Assembly (NCBI GenBank): GCA_963814585.1 | Contig: CAWFDF010000014.1 | Coordinates: 384,001-448,000, forward strand | Direction of reading: 5' to 3' | From: an uncultured delta proteobacterium | GTDB taxonomy: Bacteria; Myxococcota; Myxococcia; Myxococcales; Anaeromyxobacteraceae | DNA length: 64,000 bases | Shown: positions 12,621 to 23,425 of the stretch, piece by piece | Layout of the letters: every line of letters starts with the position of its first letter | How positions within the stretch are numbered: position 1 is the stretch's first letter | Made by a program: the position numbers and the translations under genes | The notes under the pieces: generated by a model | The model's database searches: none | Seen by the model: only the letters and a program-made list of their open reading frames with translations | Told to the model about the DNA's origin: nothing

Positions 12621-13073
12621 ATGCCGCCGTCCGCACCGCCGCGACTGGCTCGGCTCGCGCTCGCAGCGACGCTGGTCCATCTCGCCTTCGACACCGCCGG
12701 GCGCATCCTCACGGCCACCACCCCGCCGTACCTGCTGCTACCGTTCATGAGCGAGCTCTTCCGCGACATGCTCGGCCTGCTGGGAGCCAACGCCATCTCG
12801 GCGGTGACCTGCGCCATCAACGGGCTGGTCGCCGGGGTCTTCGCCACCGCCCTCTTCGAGGTGGAGCGGCGACGGCGCAAGCTCGCCCTGCTGCTGGCCG
12901 GGGTCTGGCTCCTCACCAGCGGCGCCATGTTCACCCTCTACCTCGCGGCGCCGTGGCCCGTGGCGCTCGGCAGCATGGCGTTCGGGCTCCCCCGCGCGGC
13001 GGCGCTCGCGTGGGTGCTGGAGCGGATGATGTCCCGGGTGGCCGAGGCCCCGCCCGGGGCCCCGGCGGCGTAG
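12621..13073 (+). CDS. Hypothetical membrane protein (about 4 TM)
   Basis: Hydrophobic 150-aa ORF with typical codon usage. Confidence 0.65.
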   Translation: MPPSAPPRLARLALAATLVHLAFDTAGRILTATTPPYLLLPFMSELFRDMLGLLGANAISAVTCAINGLVAGVFATALFEVERRRRKLALLLAGVWLLTSGAMFTLYLAAPWPVALGSMAFGLPRAAALAWVLERMMSRVAEAPPGAPAA

Positions 13074-13121
13074 GATTTTCGTCGCTGCAAAGTTTTCGCA
13101 AAGGGCATTAAGGTACGCCCG

Positions 13122-13954
13122 ATGACGGTCCCCGCCTCGGAAAGCCAGCGGCACGAGGGCCTCGCCCCCGGCGCGACCCTGGTCCCGAGTCCCCTGGCCC
13201 CGGCCGGCGGGGACTCGCTGGTCCTGGAGACGCGCGGGCTCACCAAGAGCTTCCGAGGCTTCCTGGCCGTGGCCGGCGTGGATCTGAAGGTCCGGCGCGG
13301 CACCATCCACGCCCTCATCGGACCCAACGGCGCCGGCAAGACCACCGTCTTCAACCTGCTCACCAAGTTCATCCAGCCCAGCGCCGGCACCATCCACTAC
13401 CGCGGGCGCGACATCACCCGCTCCCGGCCGGCCGACGTGGCCCGCGAGGGCATGGTCCGCTCCTTCCAGGTCTCGGCGGTCTTCCCCAACCTGACGGTGC
13501 TGGAGAACGTGCGGGTCGCCCTGCAGCGCCCGCTCGGCACCTCCTTCCACTTCTGGAAGAGCGACCACACGCTCCGGGCCTTGCACGGCCGGGTCGAGGA
13601 GCTGCTGGAGTCGGTCGACCTCGCCGCCCACCGCGACGTGGTGGCGGTGGAGCTGCCCTACGGGCGCAAGCGAGCGCTGGAGCTGGCCACCACGCTGGCG
13701 CTCGACCCCGAGCTGCTGCTGCTCGACGAGCCCACCCAGGGCATGGGCCACGAGGACGTGGGCCGGGTGGTGGAGCTGATCCGGCGGGTCGCCGAGCGGC
13801 GCACCGTCCTCATGGTGGAGCACAACCTCTCGGTGGTCGCCGACCTCTGCCACGTCATCACCGTCCTGCAGCGCGGCGCCATCCTCGCCGAGGGGCCCTA
13901 CGCCGAGGTCTCCACCGACCCCCGGGTGCTCGAGGCCTACATCGGGGTGCCGGA

Positions 13955-13958
<4 letters not shown>
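13122..13958 (+). CDS. livG: HAAT-family ABC transporter ATP-binding protein
   Basis: [24 protein letters not shown]. Confidence 0.92.
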
Positions 13959-14680
<722 letters not shown>

Positions 14681-14710
14681 TTGCCCCCCCCGATGGAAGA
14701 GAGGTCCGTG

Positions 14711-15937
14711 ATGAGAGCGTTCGCATCCCTCCTGATGGCCATGGCGTTGCTCACCCTCCCCGCCGCCGCAGGCGCCGCCGACAAGGTCTCCGACGGCGTG
14801 GTCAAGCTCGGCGTGCTCAGCGACATGACCGGCTACTACTCCGACCTGGCCGGTCCCGGCTCGGTGCTCGCGGTCAAGATGGCGGTGGCCGACTTCGGCG
14901 GCAAGGTGCTGGGGAAGCCCGTCGAGGTGATCTCCGCCGACCACCAGAACAAGGCCGACATCGCCTCCAACACCGCGCGCAAGTGGTTCGACGAGGAGAA
15001 GGTCGACGCCATCGTCGACCTGGTGTCCTCCTCGACGGCCGGCGCGGTGATGCCGGTCGCGCGCGAGAAGAAGCGCATCACCCTGCTCTCCGGCCCCGCC
15101 ACCACCAAGTTCACCGGGTCGGACTGCACCCCCTACAACGTCCACTACACCTACAACAACTGGGCCCTCGCCAACGGGACCGCCGGCGAGCTGGTGAAGC
15201 AGGGTGGCGACTCCTGGTTCTTCGTCACCGCCGACTACGTCTTCGGCAAGTCGCTGGAGGAGGAGGCCACCAAGGTCGTGAAGGCGGCCGGCGGCAAGGT
15301 GCTCGGCTCGGCCCGCCACCCCTCGCCCGGCAACACCGACTTCTCCAGCTACCTGCTCCAGGCCCAGGCCTCCGGCGCCAAGATCATCGGCATGGCCAAC
15401 GCCGGCGGCGACACCGTGAACACCGTGAAGCAGGCCAAGGAGTTCGGTGTCTACCCCAAGCAGAACCTGGCCGGGCTGCTGGTCTTCATCACCGAGGTCC
15501 ACGCGCTCGGCCTGGAGGCCGCCAAGGGCCTGTACCTGACCGAGGCCTTCTACTGGGACCTGAACGACGCCACCCGGGCCTGGTCGAAGAAGTTCCAGTC
15601 CCACCCCGACAACAAGAAGCAGTACATGCCCACCATGGTCCAGGCCGGCCTCTACTCGGCCGTCACCAACTACCTGAAGGCCATGCAGGCGGCCGGGACC
15701 GACGACGCCGACGCCGTCATCGCCAAGATGAAGGCCACCCCGGTGGACGACTTCTTCGGCAAGGGCGTCATCGGGCCCGACGGGCTCTTCCGCCACGACA
15801 TGTACCTGTTCCAGGTGAAGACCCCGGCGGAGTCGAAGGGCCCCTGGGACTACTACAAGGTGGTGAAGCGGATCCCGGCCGCGGCGGCGTTCCCGTCGGT
15901 CGAGCTGCAGGCCTGCCCGCTGGTCGCCAAGAAGTAG
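14711..15937 (+). CDS. HAAT-family substrate-binding protein
   Basis: Signal peptide; KLGVLSDMTGYYSD, ADHQNKAD, TADYVFG. ATG 14711 with GAGG upstream. Confidence 0.92.
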   Translation: MRAFASLLMAMALLTLPAAAGAADKVSDGVVKLGVLSDMTGYYSDLAGPGSVLAVKMAVADFGGKVLGKPVEVISADHQNKADIASNTARKWFDEEKVDAIVDLVSSSTAGAVMPVAREKKRITLLSGPATTKFTGSDCTPYNVHYTYNNWALANGTAGELVKQGGDSWFFVTADYVFGKSLEEEATKVVKAAGGKVLGSARHPSPGNTDFSSYLLQAQASGAKIIGMANAGGDTVNTVKQAKEFGVYPKQNLAGLLVFITEVHALGLEAAKGLYLTEAFYWDLNDATRAWSKKFQSHPDNKKQYMPTMVQAGLYSAVTNYLKAMQAAGTDDADAVIAKMKATPVDDFFGKGVIGPDGLFRHDMYLFQVKTPAESKGPWDYYKVVKRIPAAAAFPSVELQACPLVAKK

Positions 15938-15958
15938 CCGATCGAGGGGAGGGGCCGC

Positions 15959-16822
15959 ATGCAGGCGCTCTACGGACAGCTGCTGGTGGGGCTCATCAAC
16001 GGCTCGTTCTACGCCCTGCTCTCGCTGGGGCTGGCCGTCATCTTCGGCCTGGTCAACGTCGTCAACTTCGCCCACGGGGCCCTCTACATGACGGGGGCCT
16101 TCGTGGCCTGGCTGGGGCTGAGCCAGCTGGGGATCGGCTACTGGCCGGCCCTGCTGCTCTCACCGCTGGTGGTCGGCCTGCTCGGCATGGTGGTGGAGCG
16201 CACCATGCTGCGCAGGCTCTACCAGCTCGACAACCTCTACGGCCTCCTCCTCACCTTCGGCCTCACCCTGATCGTGGAGGGGCTCTTCCACCACGCCTAC
16301 GGCAACTCGGGGAGCTCCTACCCGGTGCCGGAGGCGCTGCAGGGCGGCGCCAACCTCGGCTTCATGTACCTGCCCAGGTACCGGGCCTGGGTGCTGCTGG
16401 TCTCGCTGGCGGTCTGCTTCGGAAGCTGGTTCGTCATCGAGCGGACCCGGCTGGGCGCCTACCTGCGGGCCGGCACCGAGAACCCCAGGCTGCTGCAGGC
16501 CTTCGGCGTCAACGTCCCGCTCATGATGACCCTCACCTTCGGGTTCGGCGTGGCCCTGGCCGGGTTCGCGGGGGTGATGGCGGCCCCCATCTACCAGGTG
16601 AGCCCTTCCATGGGCTCCTCGCTGATCATCGTGGTCTTCGCCGTGGTGGTCATCGGCGGCATGGGCTCGATCCTCGGCTCCATCGTCACCGGCCTCGGGC
16701 TGGGGCTGGTGGAGGGGCTGACCAAGTTCGTCTACCCGCCGGCCGCCTCGACGGTGGTCTTCGCCATCATGGCGGTGGTGCTGCTGCTCCGGCCGGCCGG
16801 GCTGTTCGGGAGGGAGACGTGA
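15959..16822 (+). CDS. livH: HAAT ABC permease
   Basis: GLAVIFGLVNVVNFAHG and VVVIGGMGSI. Confidence 0.92.
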   Translation: MQALYGQLLVGLINGSFYALLSLGLAVIFGLVNVVNFAHGALYMTGAFVAWLGLSQLGIGYWPALLLSPLVVGLLGMVVERTMLRRLYQLDNLYGLLLTFGLTLIVEGLFHHAYGNSGSSYPVPEALQGGANLGFMYLPRYRAWVLLVSLAVCFGSWFVIERTRLGAYLRAGTENPRLLQAFGVNVPLMMTLTFGFGVALAGFAGVMAAPIYQVSPSMGSSLIIVVFAVVVIGGMGSILGSIVTGLGLGLVEGLTKFVYPPAASTVVFAIMAVVLLLRPAGLFGRET

Positions 16823-17802
16823 GCGGTCCACCCGGGATCCAGGAGGCCCGCGCCGCCTGGCGGGCCGGCGTCATCACGCCCGGCCGGAAGCGGGCCTTCT
16901 TCGTCGCCATGGGGCTGCTGGGCCTGGTCATGCCGCTGGCCGTCTACCCGGTCTTCCTCATGAACGTGCTCTGCATGGCGCTCTTCGCCAGCGCCTTCAA
17001 CCTGCTGCTCGGCTACACCGGCCTGCTCTCCTTCGGCCACGCCGCCTTCCTGGGGAGCGCCGGCTACGTGACCGGCCACGTGCTCAAGGTGTGGGGCTGG
17101 CCGCCGGAGGCGGGGCTGCTGGCCGGCACCGCGGTGGCCACGCTGCTGGGCGTCTTCATCGGCGGGCTGGCCATCCGCCGCTCCGGCATCTACTTCGCGA
17201 TGATCACCCTGGGCTTCGCCCAGATGATCTACTTCCTCGCCGTCCAGCTCCCATTCACCGGCGGCGAGGACGGCCTGCAGGGGATCCCGCGCGGCACGCT
17301 GCTGGGCCTGGTCCCACTGGATCGACCGCTCCCCCTCTACTACGTGGTCTACGCCATCTTCCTGCTCGGCTTCTTCCTCATCTACCGGACCATCCACTCC
17401 CCCTTCGGGCACGTGCTGCGCTCCATCCGGGAGAACGAGCCGCGCGCCCTCTCGCTCGGCTACGACGTCGACCGCTACAAGCTGGTGGCCTTCGTCATCT
17501 CGGCCGGGCTCTCCGGCCTGGCCGGCGCCACCAAGGCGCTGGTGCTGCAGTTCGCCACGCTCACCGATGCCCACTGGCACAAGTCGGGCGAGGTGGTGCT
17601 GATGACGCTGCTGGGCGGCATGGGCACGGTGATGGGCCCCTCGGTGGGCGCCCTGGTGGTGGTGACCATGGAGAACTACCTCTCCGGGTTCGGAGACTGG
17701 GTGACGGTGATCATCGGCAGCGTCTTCGTGGTGGGCGTGCTGGCCTTCCGGCGCGGCTTCGTCGGCGAGGCCCTCCGCCTGGCCCGCAGCTTCCCCTTCT
17801 AG
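16819..17802 (+). CDS. livM: HAAT ABC permease
   Basis: From GTG 16819: FNLLLGYTGLLSFGHAAF, TGGEDG, IRENEPRA. Confidence 0.92.
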   Translation: MSGPPGIQEARAAWRAGVITPGRKRAFFVAMGLLGLVMPLAVYPVFLMNVLCMALFASAFNLLLGYTGLLSFGHAAFLGSAGYVTGHVLKVWGWPPEAGLLAGTAVATLLGVFIGGLAIRRSGIYFAMITLGFAQMIYFLAVQLPFTGGEDGLQGIPRGTLLGLVPLDRPLPLYYVVYAIFLLGFFLIYRTIHSPFGHVLRSIRENEPRALSLGYDVDRYKLVAFVISAGLSGLAGATKALVLQFATLTDAHWHKSGEVVLMTLLGGMGTVMGPSVGALVVVTMENYLSGFGDWVTVIIGSVFVVGVLAFRRGFVGEALRLARSFPF

Positions 17803-17820
17803 GACCGCGGAGGCCTCCCC

Positions 17821-18606
17821 GTGAGCAAGCCCCTCGAGCAGCGCGTCGCCTTCCTCACCGGCGCGGCCGGCGGCATCGGGCTGCAGGTGGCCATCGACCT
17901 GGGGCGGCAGGGGGCGCGACTGGCGCTCTCCGACCGCCCCGGCCCGGCGCTCGACGCCGCGGTGGCCCGGCTGACCGGGGACGGGCTGGAGGCGATGGCC
18001 ATCCCCTGCGACGTGACCCGCGAGGCCGAGCTCGACGGCGCCATCGACGCCGCCGCGGCGAGGTGGGGCCGGCTCGACATCCTCGTCAACAACGCCGGCC
18101 TGCAGCACGTCGCTCCCATCGAGGAGTTCCCGGCCGAGCGGTTCGAGCTGCTCCTCAAGGTGATGCTGGTGGCGCCGTTCCTCGCCATCAAGCGGGTCTT
18201 CCCGCTCATGAAGCAGCGGCGCTGGGGGCGCGTCATCAACGTCGCCTCGATCAACGGGCTGGTCGGCTTCGCCGGGAAGGCCGGCTACAACTCCGCCAAG
18301 CACGGACTCCTCGGCCTGACCAAGGTGGCGGCGCTGGAGGGGGCCCCCCACGGCATCGCCGTGAACGCCCTCTGCCCGGGCTACGTCGACACGCCGCTGG
18401 TCCGGAACCAGCTGGGCGACCTGGCCCGCACCCGCGGCGTGGCGCTGGAGAAGGTGCTGGAGGAGGTGATCTACCCGCTGGTGCCGCAGCGCAGGCTGCT
18501 CTCGGTCGAGGAGATCGGCGCGGCGGTGGTCTACCTGACCAGCGAGCTGGCCGGCGGCGTCACCGGCGTACCCTTCATCATCGACGGCGGCTACGTGGCG
18601 CAGTAG
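17821..18606 (+). CDS. bdhA: 3-hydroxybutyrate dehydrogenase (SDR)
   Basis: TGAAGGIG, NNAGLQHVAPIEEFP, YNSAKHG, CPGYVDTPLV. Confidence 0.88.
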   Translation: MSKPLEQRVAFLTGAAGGIGLQVAIDLGRQGARLALSDRPGPALDAAVARLTGDGLEAMAIPCDVTREAELDGAIDAAAARWGRLDILVNNAGLQHVAPIEEFPAERFELLLKVMLVAPFLAIKRVFPLMKQRRWGRVINVASINGLVGFAGKAGYNSAKHGLLGLTKVAALEGAPHGIAVNALCPGYVDTPLVRNQLGDLARTRGVALEKVLEEVIYPLVPQRRLLSVEEIGAAVVYLTSELAGGVTGVPFIIDGGYVAQ

Positions 18607-18703
18607 TGACGACCTCCTCTCGCTCCGGCTGGACGGCGATGGTCCCGAGCTTCCACCGCGGGGCCGCCTCCCCGGCGCTCCTGGGCGCGTGATCTGGACC
18701 CCG

Positions 18704-19552
18704 ATGCCTGAGCGCCTGTTCCTCGACCCGGCGCGCCGGCTGCGAAGCGGGTGGTGGATCGCCGTCTTCTTCGTGGCCCTCGCCGGCCTGCTCGTTCCAT
18801 GGCTGCACCTGGCGCGCCGGCGCGGCCATGACGTCTCCCTGTACGAGCAGGCGGCCGTGGTCCTGGCGGCCTCCTTGATCTGCCAGGGACTGCGGCGACG
18901 GCCCCTGGCGGGCCTCCTGGGGCCGATGGACTGGAGCTGGCCGCGGCAGCTGCTCTCGGGCGCGGTGGGCGGTGCCCTGCTGATGGCCGTCCCGGCGCTG
19001 GTGCTCGGCCTGGCCGGCGCGGTGAGCTGGCGGCTCGACGCGGCGGGATCCGCTGCCGTCTGGCCTGCCCTCGGGCTCCTCGCGGCGGCAGCGGCCACGG
19101 AGGAGCTGCTGTTTCGAGGCTTCCTGTTCCAGCGTCTGCTCGACGGCCTGGGCGAGTGGCCGGCGCAGCTGGTCATCGCAGCGCTGTTCGTGCTCACCCA
19201 TTCCGATGCGCTGCGAGCCCACGGTGCCCTGGGCCTGCTCGCCGGCGCGAACATCTTCCTGGCCTCGGTGGCGCTCGGCCTGGCCTACCTCCGCACCCGG
19301 AGCCTGGCCATGCCGCTGGGCCTGCATCTCGCCGCCAACGTCATGCAGGGCCCCGTCCTCGGCTTCGGCGTGAGCGGAGGCGTGGCACCTGGCCTCCTGA
19401 TCGCCATGCCTGGCGGTGCCCCGGACTGGCTGCACGGCGGGACGTTCGGGCTCGAGGCCAGCGTCCCGGGTCTGGTTGGCGTGGTCGCGCTGCTCGCCAT
19501 CCTGTGGCGCCGGCGTCCGTCGCCTGGGGGTGCGGGCCCTCGCGACGGGTGA
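18704..19552 (+). CDS. CPBP (Abi/CAAX) intramembrane metalloprotease
   Basis: EELLFRG, FVLTH and HLAAN motifs; multiple TM segments. Alternative GTG start at 18689. Confidence 0.85.
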   Translation: MPERLFLDPARRLRSGWWIAVFFVALAGLLVPWLHLARRRGHDVSLYEQAAVVLAASLICQGLRRRPLAGLLGPMDWSWPRQLLSGAVGGALLMAVPALVLGLAGAVSWRLDAAGSAAVWPALGLLAAAAATEELLFRGFLFQRLLDGLGEWPAQLVIAALFVLTHSDALRAHGALGLLAGANIFLASVALGLAYLRTRSLAMPLGLHLAANVMQGPVLGFGVSGGVAPGLLIAMPGGAPDWLHGGTFGLEASVPGLVGVVALLAILWRRRPSPGGAGPRDG

Positions 19553-19631
19553 CCCATCCCGGTGTGGCCCGCCGGTGGCACGAGCGCCTGGCGGTGGCCG
19601 CAGCGCTCGAGGGCCGCCTCGCCAGGCCGAT

Positions 19632-20447
19632 TCAGCGGCCGCTCGGTCGCAGCGGCCGCAGCTCGCGCCTCGGCCTCGCCTCGGCCTCGCGTGCCCGCTC
19701 CTCGGCGCGGCGGGCCTGCTCGGCAAGCCCGTTGCGGCCGCAGAAGGCGGCCAGCCGCCGCCACCCCTCCGGGCGGTCCGGGCTCGCCTCCGCCAGCGCG
19801 CGCAGCTCGGCCTCGGCCTCGGGCAGGCGCCCGACGGCCTCGTAGTGCTCGGCCAGGCGGGCGCGCCCCGCCGCGCTTCCCGGGGTGGCGAGGCGGAGGC
19901 GCTCCAGCTCGTCGATGGCCTCGGCATCCCGCCCGAGCCGCTCCAGCGACAGCGCTCGCCGCAGCCGCAGCTCGGGATCCTCGGCCACCGCGAGCTGGCG
20001 GGCATAGGCCGCCTGGGCCGTCTCGGCATCGCCGCGCAGCTCGGCCAGCCGCCCCAGCGCCCCGTCGCGCCGCGGATGACCGGCGGGGAGGGCCAGCAGC
20101 ATGGCCCCGGCCCGCTCCAGGTCGGCCTGCTCGGCCAGCAGCAGGTCGGCCAGCTCGAAGCAGACCTCGGGGTCGTGCGGCGCCAGCGCCGCGGCCTGCT
20201 CGAGGTGGCGGAGCGCGCTGGCCCGATCCCCCTGGTCCCTGAGCTGCCGGGCGCTGGCCCGCAACCGCTCGGCGCGCGGCCCGGCGTCGGCCGTTCGATC
20301 GAGCCGATCGGCTCCCCTGGCCAGGACCGCGCAGGTGGGCGTCCCGGCCGGGGCACCGACCGGACTCGACGGGGCAGCAGGCGTGCTGGCGCAGCCGGAC
20401 AGGGCGAGGAGCGCGACGGCACCGGCGAGATCGGGGAAGCGGCTCAC
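19632..20447 (-). CDS. TPR-repeat lipoprotein
   Basis: GTG 20447; lipobox LLALSG-C; TPR-like helices. Confidence 0.7.
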   Translation of the reverse strand: MSRFPDLAGAVALLALSGCASTPAAPSSPVGAPAGTPTCAVLARGADRLDRTADAGPRAERLRASARQLRDQGDRASALRHLEQAAALAPHDPEVCFELADLLLAEQADLERAGAMLLALPAGHPRRDGALGRLAELRGDAETAQAAYARQLAVAEDPELRLRRALSLERLGRDAEAIDELERLRLATPGSAAGRARLAEHYEAVGRLPEAEAELRALAEASPDRPEGWRRLAAFCGRNGLAEQARRAEERAREAEARPRRELRPLRPSGR

Positions 20448-20542
20448 CGGCGCATGATAGCCGCCACCGGGTGGCCCGCCAGCCCCCGGGTCCACCCGGT
20501 GGCGCGGCGCCTCGAGACACGATAGGACCCGGCCCTCACCGC

Positions 20543-22934
20543 ATGAGCCACGACCGCACCTTGGCCCAGCTCGGCTGGCCAGAAGATCCTCGCCGCCCTC
20601 GCCGCGCGCTGCCGGCTCCCCGCAGGCCAGCGCCGCGCCCTGGCCCTTCCCTTCCTCCCCGACGCCGCCGCGGCGCGGGAGGCGCTGGGGCGCGTCGACG
20701 AGGCGAGGCGGCTCTCCGAGACCGGCACGGCGCTGCCGTTCGGAGGCCTCGCCGACGTCGATGGCTCGCTCGACCGGGCCGCCCGGGGCGGCGTGCTCGA
20801 GCCGCTGGCGCTGCGAGAGGTGGCGGCGCTGGCCCGCGCCGTGGCCCGGACCCGGGCGGCGCTGCTGGCCCGCGCCGGGGAGGTGCCCGGCCTGGCGGCC
20901 CTGGCGGAGCCGCTGGAGCCGGACGAGCGGCTGGCCGACCGGATCGAGCGGGCCATCGAGCCCTCCGGGACCGTCTCCGATCGGGCCAGCGCGGAGCTGG
21001 CGGCGGCGAGGGAGCGGAGCCGTGGCCTGCACCGGGCGCTCAAGGCGCGGGTCGAAGGCTACCTCTCCGACCCGGAGATGGAGCGCCACCTGCGCGACCG
21101 CTACTTCACCATCCGCAACGAGCGGTACGTGCTGCCGGTGCTGGCCAGCGCCCGCTCGGCGGTGCCGGGGATCGTCCACAACGCCTCGCAGTCCGGCCAG
21201 ACCCTCTTCGTCGAGCCGGACGGGCTGGTCGAGCTGGGCAACGAGCTGGCCATCGCCAGCGCCACCGCCCTCGAGGAGGAGGCCCGCATCCTGCGCGAGC
21301 TCTCCGGCGCGGTGACGGGGCGGGCCCCGGCGCTCGCCCGCGGCCTGGCCGTGCTGGCGGAGCTGGACGCGCTGGAGGGGGCGGCGCGGCTCGCCTCCGA
21401 TCTCGACGCCCACGCCCCGGAGCTCGGCGCCGAGCGCGACGGCTTCGAGCTGCGCTCGCTGCGCCACCCGCTCCTCTCGCTGCAGGGGAAGAAGGTGGTG
21501 GCCAGCCACGTCGGCCTGGCCCCGCCGGCCCGGGCCCTCATCGTCTCGGGGCCGAACGGCGGCGGCAAGACGGTGGCCATCAGCGCGGTCGGGCTCTCGG
21601 CGCTGATGCTGCGTGCCGGCCTGCCGGTGGCGGCCGCCGCGGGCTCGCGGCTGCCCTTCTTCCTCGAGGTCAAGGCCGCCATCGACGAGCGGGGCGACCT
21701 CCACCAGGACCTCTCCACCTTCACCGCCCACCTCACCGCGGTGAAGGAGATGCTGGCCGGGGCCATCCCCGGGTCGCTGGTGCTGGTCGACGAGATCGCC
21801 GCCGACACCGACCCGCGCGAGGGCGCGGCGCTGGCGGCCGCCATCCTGGAGGCGCTGGTGGCACGCGGCGCGACCGTACTGGTCACCACCCACCTCGACG
21901 AGCTGAAGGCGCTGGCGCTCACCGACGCCACCTACGCCAACGCCCGCGTCGGCTTCGACGCCGAGCGGCTGGCCCCCACCTACCAGCTCCACCTCGGCTC
22001 GCCCGGCAGCTCCTCGGCCATCGAGGTGGCGGCGCGGGTGGGATTGCCCGCGGCGGTGGTGGAGCGGGCCCGGGCGGCGCGCACCGGCCACGGGGGCGCG
22101 CTGGGTGAGGCGCTGGCGGCGCTCGACGCCGAGCGGGGCCGGCTGGGATCGGCCCGCGCGGCGGCGGAGCAGGCGGCCGCGGCGGCGCGCCAGGCCGAGG
22201 CGGCGGCCCGGGCACGCGAGGAGGAGGCGCACCGGGCCGAGCGGGCGGCGGCGGCCCGGGTGGGCGAGGCCATCGCCGACGAGCTGGACGCGGCCCGCGG
22301 GGAGGTGGCGGCGCTGCTGGCCGCGCTGCAGGCCCAGCCCTCGGTCAGGAAGGCCAGCCAGGCGGCGGCGCAGCTGGAGGCCTGGAGGCAGCAGGTGGCC
22401 GGGGCCTCGAAGCGCGCCCTGGCGCAGGCCGAGACCGCCGCCGAGGCGCTCCCCGGAGGCGAGGTCCGTCCCGGGATCCGGGTCCGGATCGCCTCGCTGG
22501 GCCAGGAGGGCGAGGTGCTCTCGGTCGACGGCACGCAGGCGCTGGTGCAGGCGGGGCCCTTGAAGGTGCGCCGCCCGCTCGCCGATCTCGTCGCGCTCAC
22601 CGGGGCCGCCCGGCAGGCCAGGCTCGGCACCAGCGCCGCCGAGAGGCTGGCGCGCGCCGAGGAGGCACGCCCCGAGGCCGTCCGGAGCCTGGAACGCCGG
22701 CTCGACGTGCGCGGCCTGCGGGTGGAAGAGCTGCAGCGCGAAATGGAGCGGTTCCTCGATCGGCTCTACGCCGAGGGAGAACCCCAGTGCGTCATCCTCC
22801 ACGGCCACGGGACCGGCGCCCTCAAGCAGGCGCTGAGAGAGGCGCTCACCTCCTCGCCGTATGTGGCAGAACACCGCAGGGGCGACCAGCACGAAGGGGG
22901 CGACGCGGTCACGGTCGTGACGCTCGCCCGGTAG
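20543..22934 (+). CDS. mutS2: Endonuclease MutS2 (apparent +1 frameshift near 20583)
   Basis: MSHDRTLAQLGWP in one frame continues as ILAALAARCRL in the next; GPNGGGKT, LSTFTAH, TTH and Smr domain ILHGHGTGAL. Confidence 0.92.
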
Positions 22935-22977
22935 TCCGCCCCCTCCACCCACCCCGGAGAAGGCGGCCTGTCCCTCT

Positions 22978-23200
22978 GGACTACTCTGGGACCCGTGTCC
23001 GGCCTGACCTCTCGAACTACTCTGCTCTCGAACTACTCTGGGTCGGTAGGCTGTAGGCTGTAGGTACTCGAAACACTCTGGGTCTGGCAGGCGGGGACTG
23101 GTCAACGCGAATTACTCTGGGCGCGAACTACTCTGGGTCTGGTAGGCGCGAACTACTCTGGGTCTGGCAGGCGGGTAGGCAGGTAGGCAGAACTACTGTG
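22978..23200 (+). repeat. Intergenic array of 8 direct copies of (C)GAACTACTCTGGG(TC)
   Basis: Copies start at about 22978, 23013, 23029, 23069, 23108, 23124, 23149 and 23190, interleaved with GTAGG/GCAGG units. Confidence 0.9.
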
Positions 23201-23283
23201 GAATTGGCATATGATGGGACCGGTAAGAGGGGACTGGAATGCGGACTGGCATGCGGGGGACGCGCCGGACGGCCCTCGCCGCA

Positions 23284-23335
23284 CCGCGCAATGATTGCCG
23301 CGTCGCGTCGTCAGAATTGCGCGGCCTCAATTGAG
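23284..23335. promoter_or_regulatory. Cluster of operator-like palindromes upstream of the porin/ABC operon
   Basis: CCGCGCAAT (23284) pairs with ATTGCGCGG (23316); GCAATGATTGC at 23288-23298; CTCAATTGAG at 23326-23335. Confidence 0.45.
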
Positions 23336-23425
23336 TCGTGTGCTACCTTGCCTCCCCCCCCCATCCCGGGGTCCGTATCCGCATTCACCCCGGGACAACC
23401 TGCTCCAAGTTTCCGGAGGAAGTGA

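Noticed and set aside
18704..19552. CPBP/'Abi' gene as a phage-defence system
   Set aside because: This is a common membrane protease family and has no defence-gene context here.
22978..23200. Repeat array as a CRISPR locus
   Set aside because: The repeat core is about 13 bp, spacing is irregular, linkers are repetitive, and there are no cas genes in the window.
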